A DNA stretch of 32,000 bases from Formosa sp. Hel1_33_131 (GCF_001735745.1 NZ_CP017260.1:2220001-2252000); one strand, 5' to 3'. Positions 9,360 to 19,583 are shown, counted from the stretch's first letter. Numbers and translations are program-made. Notes: generated from the letters alone by a model not told the origin.

Positions 9360-9400
9360 CCCCAGAAATTAAATAAATATCGATACTTAAATATATAATT

Positions 9401-10222
9401 ATGTCTTACAATTTACTAAAAGGAAAACGCGGAATTATTTTTGGAGCTTTAGATCCCAATTCAATTGCATGGATCACAGCCGAACGTGTTCATGAAGAAG
9501 GCGGTACCTTTGTATTGTCCAACGCACCGATCGCAATGCGAATGGGGCAGATTGACGAATTGGCCAAAAAAACAGGCTCGCAAGTGATTGCAGCAGATGC
9601 TACTTCTGTTGAAGATTTAGAAAATTTAGTACAACAAGCTACGGAGATTTTAGGCGGCAAGCTCGATTTTGTATTGCACTCTATTGGGATGTCTGTCAAT
9701 GTAAGAAAAGGCCGTGCCTATACCGATCAAAAATACGATTGGACTCAAAAAGGAACCGATGTTTCTGCGATGTCTTTTCACAAAGTGATGCAAACGCTTT
9801 ACAAGCACGATGCGATGAACGAATGGGGGAGTATTGTAGCGCTTACCTATATGGCAGCACAACGCGTGTTTCCGGATTATAACGACATGGCAGATAACAA
9901 AGCCTATTTAGAAAGTATTGCCAGAAGTTTCGGATACTTTTTTGGACGCGACAAAAACGTGCGTGTCAATACCATCTCACAATCGCCAACACCCACCACT
10001 GCCGGTAAAGGAGTGAAAGGATTTGATGGCTTTATTGCTTATGCCGATAAAATGTCGCCTTTAGGAAATGCAACCGCTCTGGATTGTGCTAATTATACTG
10101 TTTCGTTGTTTAGTGATTTAACCAAACGTGTCACACTTCAAAACCTATTTAACGATGGTGGTTTTAGCAATATGGGTGTCAGTGACGCCGTCATGGATAC
10201 CTTTACGGAAGACGATGCATAA
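9401..10222 (+). CDS. fabI: enoyl-[acyl-carrier-protein] reductase (NADH), SDR family
   Basis: 273 aa with a FabI-type N-terminus (LKGKRGIIFGALDPNSIAW), Y/K active-site regions (LTYMAAQRV..YN.MA..KA.LE) and the ISQSP motif. Confidence 0.85.
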   Translation: MSYNLLKGKRGIIFGALDPNSIAWITAERVHEEGGTFVLSNAPIAMRMGQIDELAKKTGSQVIAADATSVEDLENLVQQATEILGGKLDFVLHSIGMSVNVRKGRAYTDQKYDWTQKGTDVSAMSFHKVMQTLYKHDAMNEWGSIVALTYMAAQRVFPDYNDMADNKAYLESIARSFGYFFGRDKNVRVNTISQSPTPTTAGKGVKGFDGFIAYADKMSPLGNATALDCANYTVSLFSDLTKRVTLQNLFNDGGFSNMGVSDAVMDTFTEDDA

Positions 10223-10245
10223 ACACTAATTACCATATACACTTT

Positions 10246-10276
10246 AAACCCATAGCTAAGCTATGGGTTTTTTTTA
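10246..10276 (+). terminator. rho-independent terminator of fabI
   Basis: Perfect 8-bp stem CCCATAGC (10249..10256) / GCTATGGG (10260..10267) with a 3-nt loop, followed by a run of eight T (10268..10275). Confidence 0.85.
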
Positions 10277-10445
10277 TTTCAGCCCTAGATATTAGGGATC
10301 TCATAATTTTTTAAAGACTTTATTGTGTTATAGTGAGTTGTTTGTCATCATAATTTAACCGTTCATCGGATTTATATTGTTTAATTTTTTAAGTTAAATA
10401 CTAAACAATATATTAGAACTTTAATTAACCAATTTAAATTTTATT

Positions 10446-13400
10446 ATGAAAAAGATTTACTATTTATTATTAACACTTGCGATTTCTTCGCTGTCTTTTG
10501 GGCAAGTTGAAGTTTTTAATTTAGCAGGTGGTGGTGCATTTCCAGACGGATGGACCGCAACAAACAATGTAGCAACCAATGATATTGACAAAGGTTCTTA
10601 CTTTTTGTTAGATTCCGGAGGCCCATCTGATATTATTGTATCAGCGGTCTATGATCTAAGTGCATACAGTTCTGCTGAATTCAGTTTGGACGTAGCCACT
10701 TTTGGTTCGGGAGATAACAATTCGGCTACCATCGAATTTTCTTATGATGGAGGTACTACTTACACTTCATCTGGAACCACAGCTGTTCCGACTTCATCTT
10801 CTTACATAGCTGGAGGAACCTTTACGGTAACGCCTTCCGCTCAAGTGGTGATTAAATTGACGAACACAGGAGTTGCTGGAAGAGGAAATAGATTAAAGAA
10901 CTTAATTCTGACTGGAGTGTCATCTCCATCAGCACCTGTAACAAATGCACCAACCCCTGATGCACGTGAAGCAGGAGATGTCATCTCTATTTATAGTGAT
11001 GCATACTCAAACATTACTGTCTCTGATTTCAATCCAAATTGGGGTCAGACAGGATTCACTACGGTTGATATAGCTTACGATCCAACAGGAGAAGGAAACA
11101 ACTCCGTTATAGCATACACAAACTTCAATTACCAAGGAACTGAATTTGATGCTCAAGATGCATCTTCAATGGAGTATTTGCATGTTGATGTTTGGACAGC
11201 GACCGCTGGAGCAGTTTTACAGGTTACACCAATAAACAGTGGTACAGGAGCTGCCGAGGTTCTAACAACTGTTACTTTAGTCGATGCAGGTTGGAGCAGT
11301 GTAGATCTTCCAAAAGCATCATTTACAGGGATGATCTGGGACAGTGTTTTACAATTAAAATTTGATGGACAAACAGGGACAAACCCTTCAGATGTCTATA
11401 TCGATAATATATACTTCTGGAAAGCAGCAGTAGCGCCTTTAACAGCGCCTGTAACAAATGCACCAACCCCTGATGCACGTGAAGCAGGAGATGTCATCTC
11501 TATTTATAGTGATGCATACTCAAACATTACTGTCTCTGATTTCAATCCAAATTGGGGTCAGACAGGATTCACTACGGTTGATATAGCTTACGATCCAACA
11601 GGAGAAGGAAACAACACCGTTATAGCATACACAAACTTCAATTACCAAGGAACTGAATTTGATGCTCAAGATGCATCTTCAATGGAGTATTTGCATGTTG
11701 ATGTTTGGACAGCGACCGCTGGAGCAGTTTTACAGGTTACACCAATAAACAATGGTACAGGAGTTGCCGAGGTTCTAACAACTGTTACTTTAGTCGATGC
11801 AGGTTGGAGCAGTGTAGATCTTCCAAAAGCATCATTTACAGGGATGATCTGGGACAGTGTTTTACAATTAAAATTTGATGGACAAACAGGGACAAACCCT
11901 TCAGATGTCTATATCGATAATATATACTTCTGGAAAACAGCAGATACAACTGCACCAGTTATAGAGCTAATAGGTGCTAATCCACAGGAATTAGCAGTAG
12001 GCGATGCTTACGTTGAATTAAATGCTACAGCAACAGATGATACGGATGATGATACAGCTTTGTCAGCCGCTATTTTAATAGACGCAACAGCAGTAGATAC
12101 AGCAACAGCTGGATCTTACTCAGTGACCTATAATGTATCGGATGCCGCCGGAAACGCAGCAACCGAAGTTGTAAGAACCGTAACCGTTGAAGCGGCTGGG
12201 GCTTGTGATGGAGCTACGGCGTTGACGATTGGCACACAACAATGTGGCAATACTAACGAGTTTGGAGACCTATTTGATGACAGTGTGTGTCTAGGTAATT
12301 ATGACGGTGGAGATGACTATATATTTTCTTACACTGCTACAAATACAGGGGATAAGTTAGATTTAACGATTACTGGACAACTTGGATATACAGGTTTTGC
12401 AATGTCTCAGGGATGTCCTGAAGGGGGTGCTGGTACTTGTGTAGGAGTACAAACGAGTTCTGGTTCAGGGGCTTTAAATTTTGAATCGGATGCCTTAATA
12501 GCTGGTGAAGTTTATTACATTCAAATCTCAACGTATCCTTTTCCACAATCCACCGATTTTTGTTTAGATGCTGTTTTAGTTCCTGCTCCTTCGTGTTTTG
12601 TACCTACTGATTTAGAGGTCGCTGCAGTTACTGTAACATCAGCAAACCTAACTTGGACTGTAAGTGCTTCAAACGAATCAGCATGGAATATTGAATATGG
12701 TGCTGATGGTTTTACACAAGGTGATGGTTCAGGAACTACGGTTGCCGTAACAGCAAATCCGTATGCGTTTACTGCACTAACAGCAAACACCAGTTATGAT
12801 GTTTATTTACAAGCCAATTGTGGTGCTGGTGATACAAGTGTATGGGTGGGGCCTTTAAGCTTTACAACGTTATGTGCTACTGAAATACCAGATTACACAC
12901 AAGGGTTTGATCCTTATACAGGAATTTGTTGGACAGAAGCAACAGGACCTATTGCAGGGCCAACTGCAGGTACAACAAGTTCTATTTGGTTTCAAGATGA
13001 ATTTGCAAATACAGATGCTTTAGGGCAATCTGCGGGAATCAATATATACGGTACGGGAGATGAATCTTGGTTGATCTCACCGACTTTTGACTTAAGTTCA
13101 GGAGGCTATGAAGTAAACTTAGATGTTGCGTTAACGGATTACGCAGCAGCAACGTTATCAGAAACAATTCGTGCTGATGATGCTGTATATGTAATGCAAT
13201 CAATTGATGGAGGTACTACGTGGACTACTATTTATACATGGGATGCTAATAACTCACCATCAAATACAGGAGATAATGTTACAATAGATGTTTCTACAGT
13301 AACAAGTGTAACCGTTCAATTTGCAGTATTTGCACTTGAAGGAAGTACTTCTGGAGGTGATTTAGACTTCTTTATCGATAATTTTGCAGTAAGAACACCA

Positions 13401-15164
13401 CCATCTTGTTTTGCGCCAGCCGCTAACTCTATGGCAGCCTCTCTTATCACGACTACATCAGCAAATTTGAGCTGGACAGCGGGAGCTACAGAAGCAGCTT
13501 GGAACATAGAATATGGCGCTACAGGCTTCGCTCTAGGCGCAGGAACTACGGTTGCTGTAACAGCAAATTCTTACGCACTTATGGGGCTCACAGCCAATAC
13601 GAGCTACGATTTTTATGTACAAGCCGACTGTGGAGGAAATGGAACGAGTGCATGGGTAGGGCCTTTTACCTTTACAACCCTTTGTGATGCGGTAACAACA
13701 TTCCCATGGACTGAGGATTTTGAAGGGATTACAACACCAAGCTTACCATCCTGTTGGTCTGAAAACGATAACAATGCTGATACCGATTTTTGGAAAACAT
13801 ATGATACTTACGGAGTTGCTAGTAGCAATGCGGCAGGTATGTATACAGATTATAATATCGATGGTTCTTGGTCTGGCCCAGGTACTAATAATGATGACTA
13901 TTTAATACTCCCTCAATTTGCGTTAACAGGAAATGAGCGTTTAAAATTTAGTGTGAGATCTAGATCTTCTGGAGAGCCAAATGACTATAAAGTTGTACTG
14001 TCAACTTCTAGTAATGACCCAACAGATTTTACGACAGATCTAATGGCTTTAACAGTATCGACTGCAACCCATACAGAACAGGTAATCGATTTAAGTGCCT
14101 ATTCTGGGAATGTTTACATTGCAATTCATGTTCCAGCTGATGGTCTTGATGGTTATTATTTATACGTTGATGATTTCACTGTTGAAGCGATTCCATCCTG
14201 TTTAGAAGTTACCGATTTAGCAGTAACCAACCTCACGACTACATCAGCAGATTTGAGCTGGACAGCGGGAGCTACAGAAACAGCTTGGAACCTAGAATAT
14301 GGCGCTACAGGCTTTGTACAAGGCGCTGGAACTACGGTTGCTGTAACAGCAAATTCTTACGCACTCACGGGGCTCGCAGCCAATACAAGCTATGACGTCT
14401 ATGTGCAAGCGGATTGCGGTGCTGGAGATACCAGTACATGGGTAGGGCCAATAACTATTTTTACAGGGTATTGTGTACCCTCATCATCTAGTTCTTCTAC
14501 TTTTATCGATAGTGTAACTTCAACTGGAGCATTTTCAGATTTGAATAATGGTGCTGATGGATACTCTGAGACTGGTTATGCCAATTACTTTAGTACGTAT
14601 GCTATACAATCTTTAGCAGGAGCTTCGTTTGATTTAACTGCAACTATTGTTGGAGGAACAGCTGGATTTGCAGTGTGGATTGATTATAATAATGATTTAA
14701 CATTTGACTCAACTGAAGTTGTTTTCAATACCACAAGTTATGCAAATGGACCGTTTACGGCAACAATAGCATTACCGGAAACACTTGCAGATGGTGATTA
14801 TAGAATGCGACTAATGGTTGATTATAATGATTCAAACCCTAATGATGATGCTTGTGCTTTCAATGGTACGAGAGCAGAAGCTGAAGATTATAAAATCACT
14901 ATAGATTCTTCTTTAGGAATGGATACCGTATCAAAATCTAACTTCACCTATTTCCCGAACCCAGTAAACAATGTATTGTCTATCAAAGCGCAAGCAAGTA
15001 TTGACAGTATTACCGTTTACAATATGTTAGGGCAAACGGTTGTGAGATCGACACCAAACACTACGACAACTACTGTTGACATGTCTGGATTACAGACAGG
15101 TGCTTACTTTGTTCAAGTAGCCATCAACAACAGTATAGAAACTGTACGAGTGATTAAAAATTAA
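10446..15164 (+). CDS. 1572-aa multidomain cell-surface (adhesin or glycan-binding-like) protein, T9SS cargo
   Basis: The order is a signal peptide (to SFG/Q), a MAM/choice-of-anchor-J-like N-domain, two copies of a 171-aa beta-sandwich-like module, and an Ig-like DUF5011-type domain ([12 protein letters not shown]...[13 protein letters not shown]). Next come a Cys-rich PPC-like domain and three [FN3 + choice-of-anchor-J/cleaved-adhesin-like] supermodules. The protein ends with a GEVED domain (YCVPS...[11 protein letters not shown]) and a T9SS type-A C-terminal domain ([15 protein letters not shown]...[21 protein letters not shown]). Domain names are recognised by motif only. Confidence 0.9.
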   Translation: MKKIYYLLLTLAISSLSFGQVEVFNLAGGGAFPDGWTATNNVATNDIDKGSYFLLDSGGPSDIIVSAVYDLSAYSSAEFSLDVATFGSGDNNSATIEFSYDGGTTYTSSGTTAVPTSSSYIAGGTFTVTPSAQVVIKLTNTGVAGRGNRLKNLILTGVSSPSAPVTNAPTPDAREAGDVISIYSDAYSNITVSDFNPNWGQTGFTTVDIAYDPTGEGNNSVIAYTNFNYQGTEFDAQDASSMEYLHVDVWTATAGAVLQVTPINSGTGAAEVLTTVTLVDAGWSSVDLPKASFTGMIWDSVLQLKFDGQTGTNPSDVYIDNIYFWKAAVAPLTAPVTNAPTPDAREAGDVISIYSDAYSNITVSDFNPNWGQTGFTTVDIAYDPTGEGNNTVIAYTNFNYQGTEFDAQDASSMEYLHVDVWTATAGAVLQVTPINNGTGVAEVLTTVTLVDAGWSSVDLPKASFTGMIWDSVLQLKFDGQTGTNPSDVYIDNIYFWKTADTTAPVIELIGANPQELAVGDAYVELNATATDDTDDDTALSAAILIDATAVDTATAGSYSVTYNVSDAAGNAATEVVRTVTVEAAGACDGATALTIGTQQCGNTNEFGDLFDDSVCLGNYDGGDDYIFSYTATNTGDKLDLTITGQLGYTGFAMSQGCPEGGAGTCVGVQTSSGSGALNFESDALIAGEVYYIQISTYPFPQSTDFCLDAVLVPAPSCFVPTDLEVAAVTVTSANLTWTVSASNESAWNIEYGADGFTQGDGSGTTVAVTANPYAFTALTANTSYDVYLQANCGAGDTSVWVGPLSFTTLCATEIPDYTQGFDPYTGICWTEATGPIAGPTAGTTSSIWFQDEFANTDALGQSAGINIYGTGDESWLISPTFDLSSGGYEVNLDVALTDYAAATLSETIRADDAVYVMQSIDGGTTWTTIYTWDANNSPSNTGDNVTIDVSTVTSVTVQFAVFALEGSTSGGDLDFFIDNFAVRTPPSCFAPAANSMAASLITTTSANLSWTAGATEAAWNIEYGATGFALGAGTTVAVTANSYALMGLTANTSYDFYVQADCGGNGTSAWVGPFTFTTLCDAVTTFPWTEDFEGITTPSLPSCWSENDNNADTDFWKTYDTYGVASSNAAGMYTDYNIDGSWSGPGTNNDDYLILPQFALTGNERLKFSVRSRSSGEPNDYKVVLSTSSNDPTDFTTDLMALTVSTATHTEQVIDLSAYSGNVYIAIHVPADGLDGYYLYVDDFTVEAIPSCLEVTDLAVTNLTTTSADLSWTAGATETAWNLEYGATGFVQGAGTTVAVTANSYALTGLAANTSYDVYVQADCGAGDTSTWVGPITIFTGYCVPSSSSSSTFIDSVTSTGAFSDLNNGADGYSETGYANYFSTYAIQSLAGASFDLTATIVGGTAGFAVWIDYNNDLTFDSTEVVFNTTSYANGPFTATIALPETLADGDYRMRLMVDYNDSNPNDDACAFNGTRAEAEDYKITIDSSLGMDTVSKSNFTYFPNPVNNVLSIKAQASIDSITVYNMLGQTVVRSTPNTTTTTVDMSGLQTGAYFVQVAINNSIETVRVIKN
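10935..11937 (+). repeat. intragenic tandem duplication, 2 x 513 bp (171 codons), nearly identical
   Basis: Copy 1 (10935..11447) and copy 2 (11448..about 11937) align base for base. By eye there are only 3 substitutions over about 490 nt (ACTCC/ACACC; CAGTGG/CAATGG; GAGCTG/GAGTTG). The copies diverge after TTCTGGAAA. Confidence 0.9.
12588..14473 (+). repeat. three FN3-like modules, each starting a 265-270-aa supermodule (intragenic repeats)
   Basis: The FN3-like units lie at 12588..12876, 13398..13686 and 14193..14473 (PSCF/PSCL...ANLTW/ADLSW...WN[IL][18 protein letters not shown]...L.ANTSYD.Y.QA.CG....S.WVGP). Units 2 and 3 share long stretches of near-identical DNA. Confidence 0.8.
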
Positions 15165-15184
15165 ATTAGATTTCATTATCTATA

Positions 15185-15322
15185 AGAGAGGGTCTAAAAA
15201 GTAAATATATCTGTCATTCTGAATTTATTTCAGAATCTAAAATTATTGAAATTCAATAACAATGAGAAGCTGAAACGAGTTCAGCTTGACAATAAAAAGA
15301 CTTTTTAGCCCCTCTCTTTTTT
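15185..15322. repeat. nested-palindrome intergenic element, copy 1 (two-hairpin form); probable terminator of the giant gene
   Basis: Outer arms AGAGAGGGTCTAAAAAG (15185..15201) and CTTTTTAGCCCCTCTCT (15301..15317) pair 16/17 and are followed by a T-run. Inner hairpin 1 is ATTCTGAA-tttat-TTCAGAAT (15216..15236). Inner hairpin 2 is AAGCTGAA-acgag-TTCAGCTT (15267..15287). The 32-bp core 15211..15242 is identical to 20323..20354. Confidence 0.8.
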
Positions 15323-15359
15323 ATACAACAACAACTCACTTCAATTCAAACACTTTGTG

Positions 15360-15367
15360 TAACTTTG
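15360..15367 (+). promoter_or_regulatory. candidate -7 box (TAACTTTG) for the GT2/YbbR-like/coaE operon
   Basis: Exact TAnnTTTG match ending 5 nt before the ATG at 15373. Confidence 0.5.
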
Positions 15368-15372
15368 TGTCT

Positions 15373-16383
15373 ATGATTGCAAGTGATTTTTCATTTATCA
15401 TTCCTGTTTTTAACCGACCTGAAGAAATTAGAGAACTTCTTGAAAGTTTTTGTGCCTTAGAATCGCCCAAGACGTTTGAAATTGTCATCATTGAAGACGG
15501 CTCTACTTTAGACTCTAAACTCATTGTCGATCATTTTCAAGACCGTCTTAAAATCAGCTATTACGCCAAAGAAAACACAGGGCCTGGACATTCCAGAAAC
15601 TACGGTATGGAACGCGCTAAAGGCCGTTATTTTATTATTTTAGATTCGGATTGCATTCTCCCACCACCATATCTAGAAGCCGTTATTTCTAAATTAAACA
15701 CCCAGTATGTAGATGGATTTGGAGGGCCAGATGCTGCCAAAGACACTTTTACAGACCTCCAAAAAGCCATTAATTTCTCGATGACTTCTTATATGACTAC
15801 CGGAGGTATTCGTGGCGGTAAAATCCCCGTTGACAATTACGAACCCCGAAGTTTTAATATGGGAATTTCTAAAGAAGCCTTTCAAGCCACAGGCGGTTTT
15901 GGACGCATACACCCTGGAGAAGACCCTGATTTGTCCATCCGACTCAAAGAAATGGGCTACCACCTTCATCTCATCCCCGAAGCGTTTGTGTTTCATAAAC
16001 GCCGCATATCCCTAGAAAGTTTTTACACACAAGTCAATAAATTTGGGCAAGCCCGCCCCATTCTCAATAAATGGCACCCCCAATCCAAACGGTTGACCTA
16101 TTGGTTTCCAACATTGTTCACTCTCGGTTTTGTGGTAAGCAGCCTATTTGCTCTCATTGGTTTTTATGGGTTTCTGATCATGTATGCACTCTATTTTTTA
16201 GCAGCTATGATCGGCGCTTTTCGTGCCACTAACAACATCATAGTCGCCTTTTTAGTACTGCCCGCCATTGCCATTCAGTTTTTTGGCTATGGGTTTGGAT
16301 TTCTCAAAGCCACCCTAAAGTTGGGGCTTTCGAGAAAAGATGAAACCCTCCTGTTTCCTAATTTATTTTTCAGAGCCCAATGA
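15373..16383 (+). CDS. family 2 glycosyltransferase with a C-terminal membrane domain
   Basis: The GT-A fold start is FSFIIPVFNRPEEI, with a DxD region (ILDSDC) and three to four hydrophobic helices at the C-terminus. I chose the ATG at 15373. The TTG at 15286 in the ORF track would translate the palindromic terminator element. Confidence 0.85.
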   Translation: MIASDFSFIIPVFNRPEEIRELLESFCALESPKTFEIVIIEDGSTLDSKLIVDHFQDRLKISYYAKENTGPGHSRNYGMERAKGRYFIILDSDCILPPPYLEAVISKLNTQYVDGFGGPDAAKDTFTDLQKAINFSMTSYMTTGGIRGGKIPVDNYEPRSFNMGISKEAFQATGGFGRIHPGEDPDLSIRLKEMGYHLHLIPEAFVFHKRRISLESFYTQVNKFGQARPILNKWHPQSKRLTYWFPTLFTLGFVVSSLFALIGFYGFLIMYALYFLAAMIGAFRATNNIIVAFLVLPAIAIQFFGYGFGFLKATLKLGLSRKDETLLFPNLFFRAQ

Positions 16384-17351
16384 TCAAAAAAATTAAACAT
16401 ATAAAATCCAATTTAGTGCAAGGCAAACGTTTGAACGTATTTGTGTTGTTTCTATTTTTGTCGTTTTTGATTTCATTACTCTCAAAATTGTCAAACACCT
16501 ATACCCAAACACTTCAATTTGAGCTGCAGCCCACACAGCTAAAATCGAACGAAGTACTGGTTTCAAAGGATGCTAAAACAATCAACGTCACCATTTCAGG
16601 CAAAGGATTTGCGCTCCTAAAATACTATATAGAAACTCCAACTATTGACGTTGATTTCTCGGAATTAAACAAAAACAAAGCCCATTATTTCTGGACAGAA
16701 CGCAGCCAGCTTGAAAAAATCATCAATCATTTTGATTCAAAAATCACGGTAAAATCGATCAACCCCGACACCCTTTTATTTCCCTACGACCGACAGTTTA
16801 TTAAAAAAATTCCCGTAGAAGTTTTGGTAAACGCAAGTTTTGCAGTCGGATTTGATTTGGTCAACCCCTTTCGTGCGGTTCCCGATTCAATTACCCTTAT
16901 GGGACCTGAATCTCTCGTAAAAACAATTTCATCCATTAAAACAAAACCCCTAGATTTAACAGATGTCAACGCCAATATTGATAGGGTAGTAGCTTTGGAT
17001 ATTCCCACCACTTCAGATCAGCTCAGCTATTCTGAGCAAACCGTTTCAGTAAGAGGAGAGGTTGAGAAATTTACAGAAGGCAGCGTCAATGTACCCGTCA
17101 CCATTGTGAATGTACCGGACAATCTTACACTTAATTTTTTCCCCAAAGAAATAACCGTCATATTCTATGCGTCTCTCAAAGCTTATAACAGCATTGATGC
17201 CAGAGATTTTTCTGTTGAATGTGATTTTAATACCTTAACGGCCGAAAATAGTTATCTAAATCCTGTGTTGGTCAAGCAACCTACAACAGTGAAAACGGCT
17301 GCATTAAAAGGCACTGAATTTGAATATGTAATCACGCCAAAAAATGACTAA
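16380..17351 (+). CDS. YbbR-like (CdaR-like) repeat domain protein, N-terminal membrane anchor
   Basis: 323 aa with one TM helix followed by repeated beta-rich YbbR-type segments. It overlaps the GT2 stop (ATGA) and the coaE start, so the three genes are translationally coupled. Confidence 0.6.
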   Translation: MIKKIKHIKSNLVQGKRLNVFVLFLFLSFLISLLSKLSNTYTQTLQFELQPTQLKSNEVLVSKDAKTINVTISGKGFALLKYYIETPTIDVDFSELNKNKAHYFWTERSQLEKIINHFDSKITVKSINPDTLLFPYDRQFIKKIPVEVLVNASFAVGFDLVNPFRAVPDSITLMGPESLVKTISSIKTKPLDLTDVNANIDRVVALDIPTTSDQLSYSEQTVSVRGEVEKFTEGSVNVPVTIVNVPDNLTLNFFPKEITVIFYASLKAYNSIDARDFSVECDFNTLTAENSYLNPVLVKQPTTVKTAALKGTEFEYVITPKND

Positions 17352-17940
17352 AATTGTAGGACTTACCGGCGGTATTGGCAGTGGGAAAACCACCGTGGCT
17401 CAAATGTTTAAAGCTTTGGGTGTTCCTGTTTACAATGCAGACGACGAAGCGAAAGCCTTGATGCAAAGCTCTGAAATCCTAAAACGAGAATTGATACAAT
17501 TACTCGGGGTTAACTGTTATCAAAACGAACAGTTGAACCGTTCTTTTATTGCTTCTAAAGTATTTGCGGATAAAGCGTTGTTAGAAAAAATAAACGCCAT
17601 CGTTCACCCAAAAGTAGCGGCTCATTTTGAAGCCTGGCATGCCAAACAAAACACTCCTTATGTAATCAAAGAAGTCGCCATCCTTTTTGAAACGGGATCT
17701 CAACATCTTTTTGATTTTATTCTGACGGTCACAGCTCCTGTGGAAACACGCATCCAACGGGTGATGGATAGAGATCAAAAAACAAAATCGGATGTCGAAT
17801 TGGTGATTAAAAACCAATTATCGGAGGATGAAAAAATAAATCAATCACATTTTGTGATTTTTAATAACACAATTTTAGAAACACAGCGGAAAGTGCAAGA
17901 AATTCACAATGAAATTCTAAAATTGATTGAGAATTCCTAA
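17344..17940 (+). CDS. coaE: dephospho-CoA kinase
   Basis: 198 aa with the P-loop GLTGGIGSGKTTVA and CoaE-length architecture. Confidence 0.9.
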   Translation: MTKIVGLTGGIGSGKTTVAQMFKALGVPVYNADDEAKALMQSSEILKRELIQLLGVNCYQNEQLNRSFIASKVFADKALLEKINAIVHPKVAAHFEAWHAKQNTPYVIKEVAILFETGSQHLFDFILTVTAPVETRIQRVMDRDQKTKSDVELVIKNQLSEDEKINQSHFVIFNNTILETQRKVQEIHNEILKLIENS

Positions 17941-17998
17941 AAATTTAACATTCGTGTTAACTTGAGGTTAAAAGAAATTTTAACATAATTTAAAACCT

Positions 17999-18006
17999 TA
18001 ATTTTG
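17999..18006 (+). promoter_or_regulatory. candidate -7 box (TAATTTTG) for the two-component operon
   Basis: Exact TAnnTTTG match ending 4 nt before the ATG at 18011. Confidence 0.4.
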
Positions 18007-18010
18007 GCTG

Positions 18011-19579
18011 ATGAATAAAAAATTGTTCACTTTATTGGTCATTCTGATGAGTTTATCACTTATCGGAATTATTTTTGTCCAAGCCTATTATATCAATAAT
18101 TCGCTTGAAACAAAAGAAGAACAATTTACGTTCAACGTAAAAAAGGCTTTGACTTATACCACCAACCAAGTGGCAGACATTGAGTATAAAAAATATGTCA
18201 AGGCACTCAATAAAATTATTTCTGAAGGAAAAGAGCCGGACACTACTGCCATTCGTAATATCACCGTTTACAAGCAGGACAACAACACCAATCAAATTAT
18301 TATCTACAATACCGGAATTCTCGAAGAGAACTTTAAAGTGCCCTCACTTATTGATCTCAATGTCGACAGTTTAGGTTTGAGTAGTTTTAGAGGAAAAACG
18401 ACCACCAAAATTTATGAAAATAATGTTTTTGGAGGGGATCTCATCTCGACCACAGAGGAGTCTTTTGAGAAAGTTCTGAATATGGACAAATTACAAAAAG
18501 CTACTTTTGAATCGCAATACAAATCAGAAATCAAAAACACTCCAATCCATCAACGTGTTTCGCCTTATGGAATTCAAAAATTATTAGTCAAAAAGTTAAG
18601 AGAAGACAACATCGGTATTGGTTTTGAATTTGCAATTTTTCACAATGACCTTGGCACTAAAATTCAATCTAAAAATTTTGACCAATCTTTGGCTCCTACC
18701 ATTGGCGCCCCTATTTTTTTAGATGATAATGACGAGAGTGATTTTAAACTTTACATCAATTTTCCTGAACGTAAAAAATTCATTATTTCTTCAATTATTG
18801 GGGTCACATTGTTATCGGTATTATTTACCTTGATTATCATTATTGCTTATACCAGTGCTTTGTACCAACTGATCAAACAGCGTAAAATTTCGCAAATGAA
18901 ATCTGATTTCATTAACAATATGACGCACGAATTTAAAACACCCATCGCTACCATCAATCTAGCGTTGGATGCCATTAGAAACCCACAAATCATTAACGAT
19001 CAAGAAAAGGTGAAACGCTACCTTCGAATGATTAAGGAAGAAAATAAGCGTATGAATGCGCAGGTTGAAAATGTATTACGAATTTCTCAGCTTCAGAAAA
19101 AGCAACTCAATATTAGCAAAGACCGTCTAAAATTACACGATTTAATAGAAGATGCCGTAACGCATGTGGAGCTCATTGTAGAAGATCGGAAAGGCTATAT
19201 CAAAACACATTTCAAGGCTGCTAAATCGTCTATATTGGCGAATGAAACCTACTTTACGAATGTGATCGTAAACATATTAGACAATGCCATAAAATACTCC
19301 CCAGAGGCACCTAAAATTGATGTCTTCACTGAAAATGTAGGGAACAACATTTTGTTGAGTGTCAAAGATCAGGGGATGGGAATGAATAAAGCCGTACAAA
19401 AACGTATATTTGAAGAGTTCTATAGAGAATATACGGGCAATGTGCACAACGTTAAAGGCCATGGATTGGGCTTAGCAAATGTCAAACGAATTGTAGAAAA
19501 TCATCAAGGAACCGTTTCTGTCGAAAGTGAAAAAGGCAGAGGAAGTACCTTCACTATAAAATTACCATTAATCGCATAA
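18011..19579 (+). CDS. sensor histidine kinase (two TM helices flanking a periplasmic sensor domain of about 230 aa)
   Basis: 522 aa with the HisKA H-box SDFINNMTHEFKTPIATI and HATPase_c N/G boxes (ILDNAIKYS, DQGMGM, GHGLGL). Confidence 0.9.
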   Translation: MNKKLFTLLVILMSLSLIGIIFVQAYYINNSLETKEEQFTFNVKKALTYTTNQVADIEYKKYVKALNKIISEGKEPDTTAIRNITVYKQDNNTNQIIIYNTGILEENFKVPSLIDLNVDSLGLSSFRGKTTTKIYENNVFGGDLISTTEESFEKVLNMDKLQKATFESQYKSEIKNTPIHQRVSPYGIQKLLVKKLREDNIGIGFEFAIFHNDLGTKIQSKNFDQSLAPTIGAPIFLDDNDESDFKLYINFPERKKFIISSIIGVTLLSVLFTLIIIIAYTSALYQLIKQRKISQMKSDFINNMTHEFKTPIATINLALDAIRNPQIINDQEKVKRYLRMIKEENKRMNAQVENVLRISQLQKKQLNISKDRLKLHDLIEDAVTHVELIVEDRKGYIKTHFKAAKSSILANETYFTNVIVNILDNAIKYSPEAPKIDVFTENVGNNILLSVKDQGMGMNKAVQKRIFEEFYREYTGNVHNVKGHGLGLANVKRIVENHQGTVSVESEKGRGSTFTIKLPLIA

Positions 19580-19583
19580 TATC

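Noticed and set aside
12521-13507. Antisense and alternative-frame ORFs (12521..12790, 13316..13507, 13499..13905) within the giant adhesin gene
   Set aside because: They are embedded in a continuous 1572-codon ORF with clear domain structure from signal peptide to T9SS CTD, so they are shadow ORFs.
15211-15242. CRISPR repeat or transposon terminal repeat, because of the identical 32-bp core at 15211 and 20323
   Set aside because: There are only two copies 5 kb apart, separated by ordinary operons. There is no regular spacing, no cas or transposase gene and no evident target-site duplication. The structure and position fit a terminator or REP-like element.
15286-15372. TTG-initiated N-terminal extension of the GT2 glycosyltransferase (ORF-track start 15286)
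   Set aside because: The extension would translate the right arm and T-run of the palindromic terminator element and lies upstream of the TAACTTTG promoter box. The GT-A fold begins right after the ATG at 15373.
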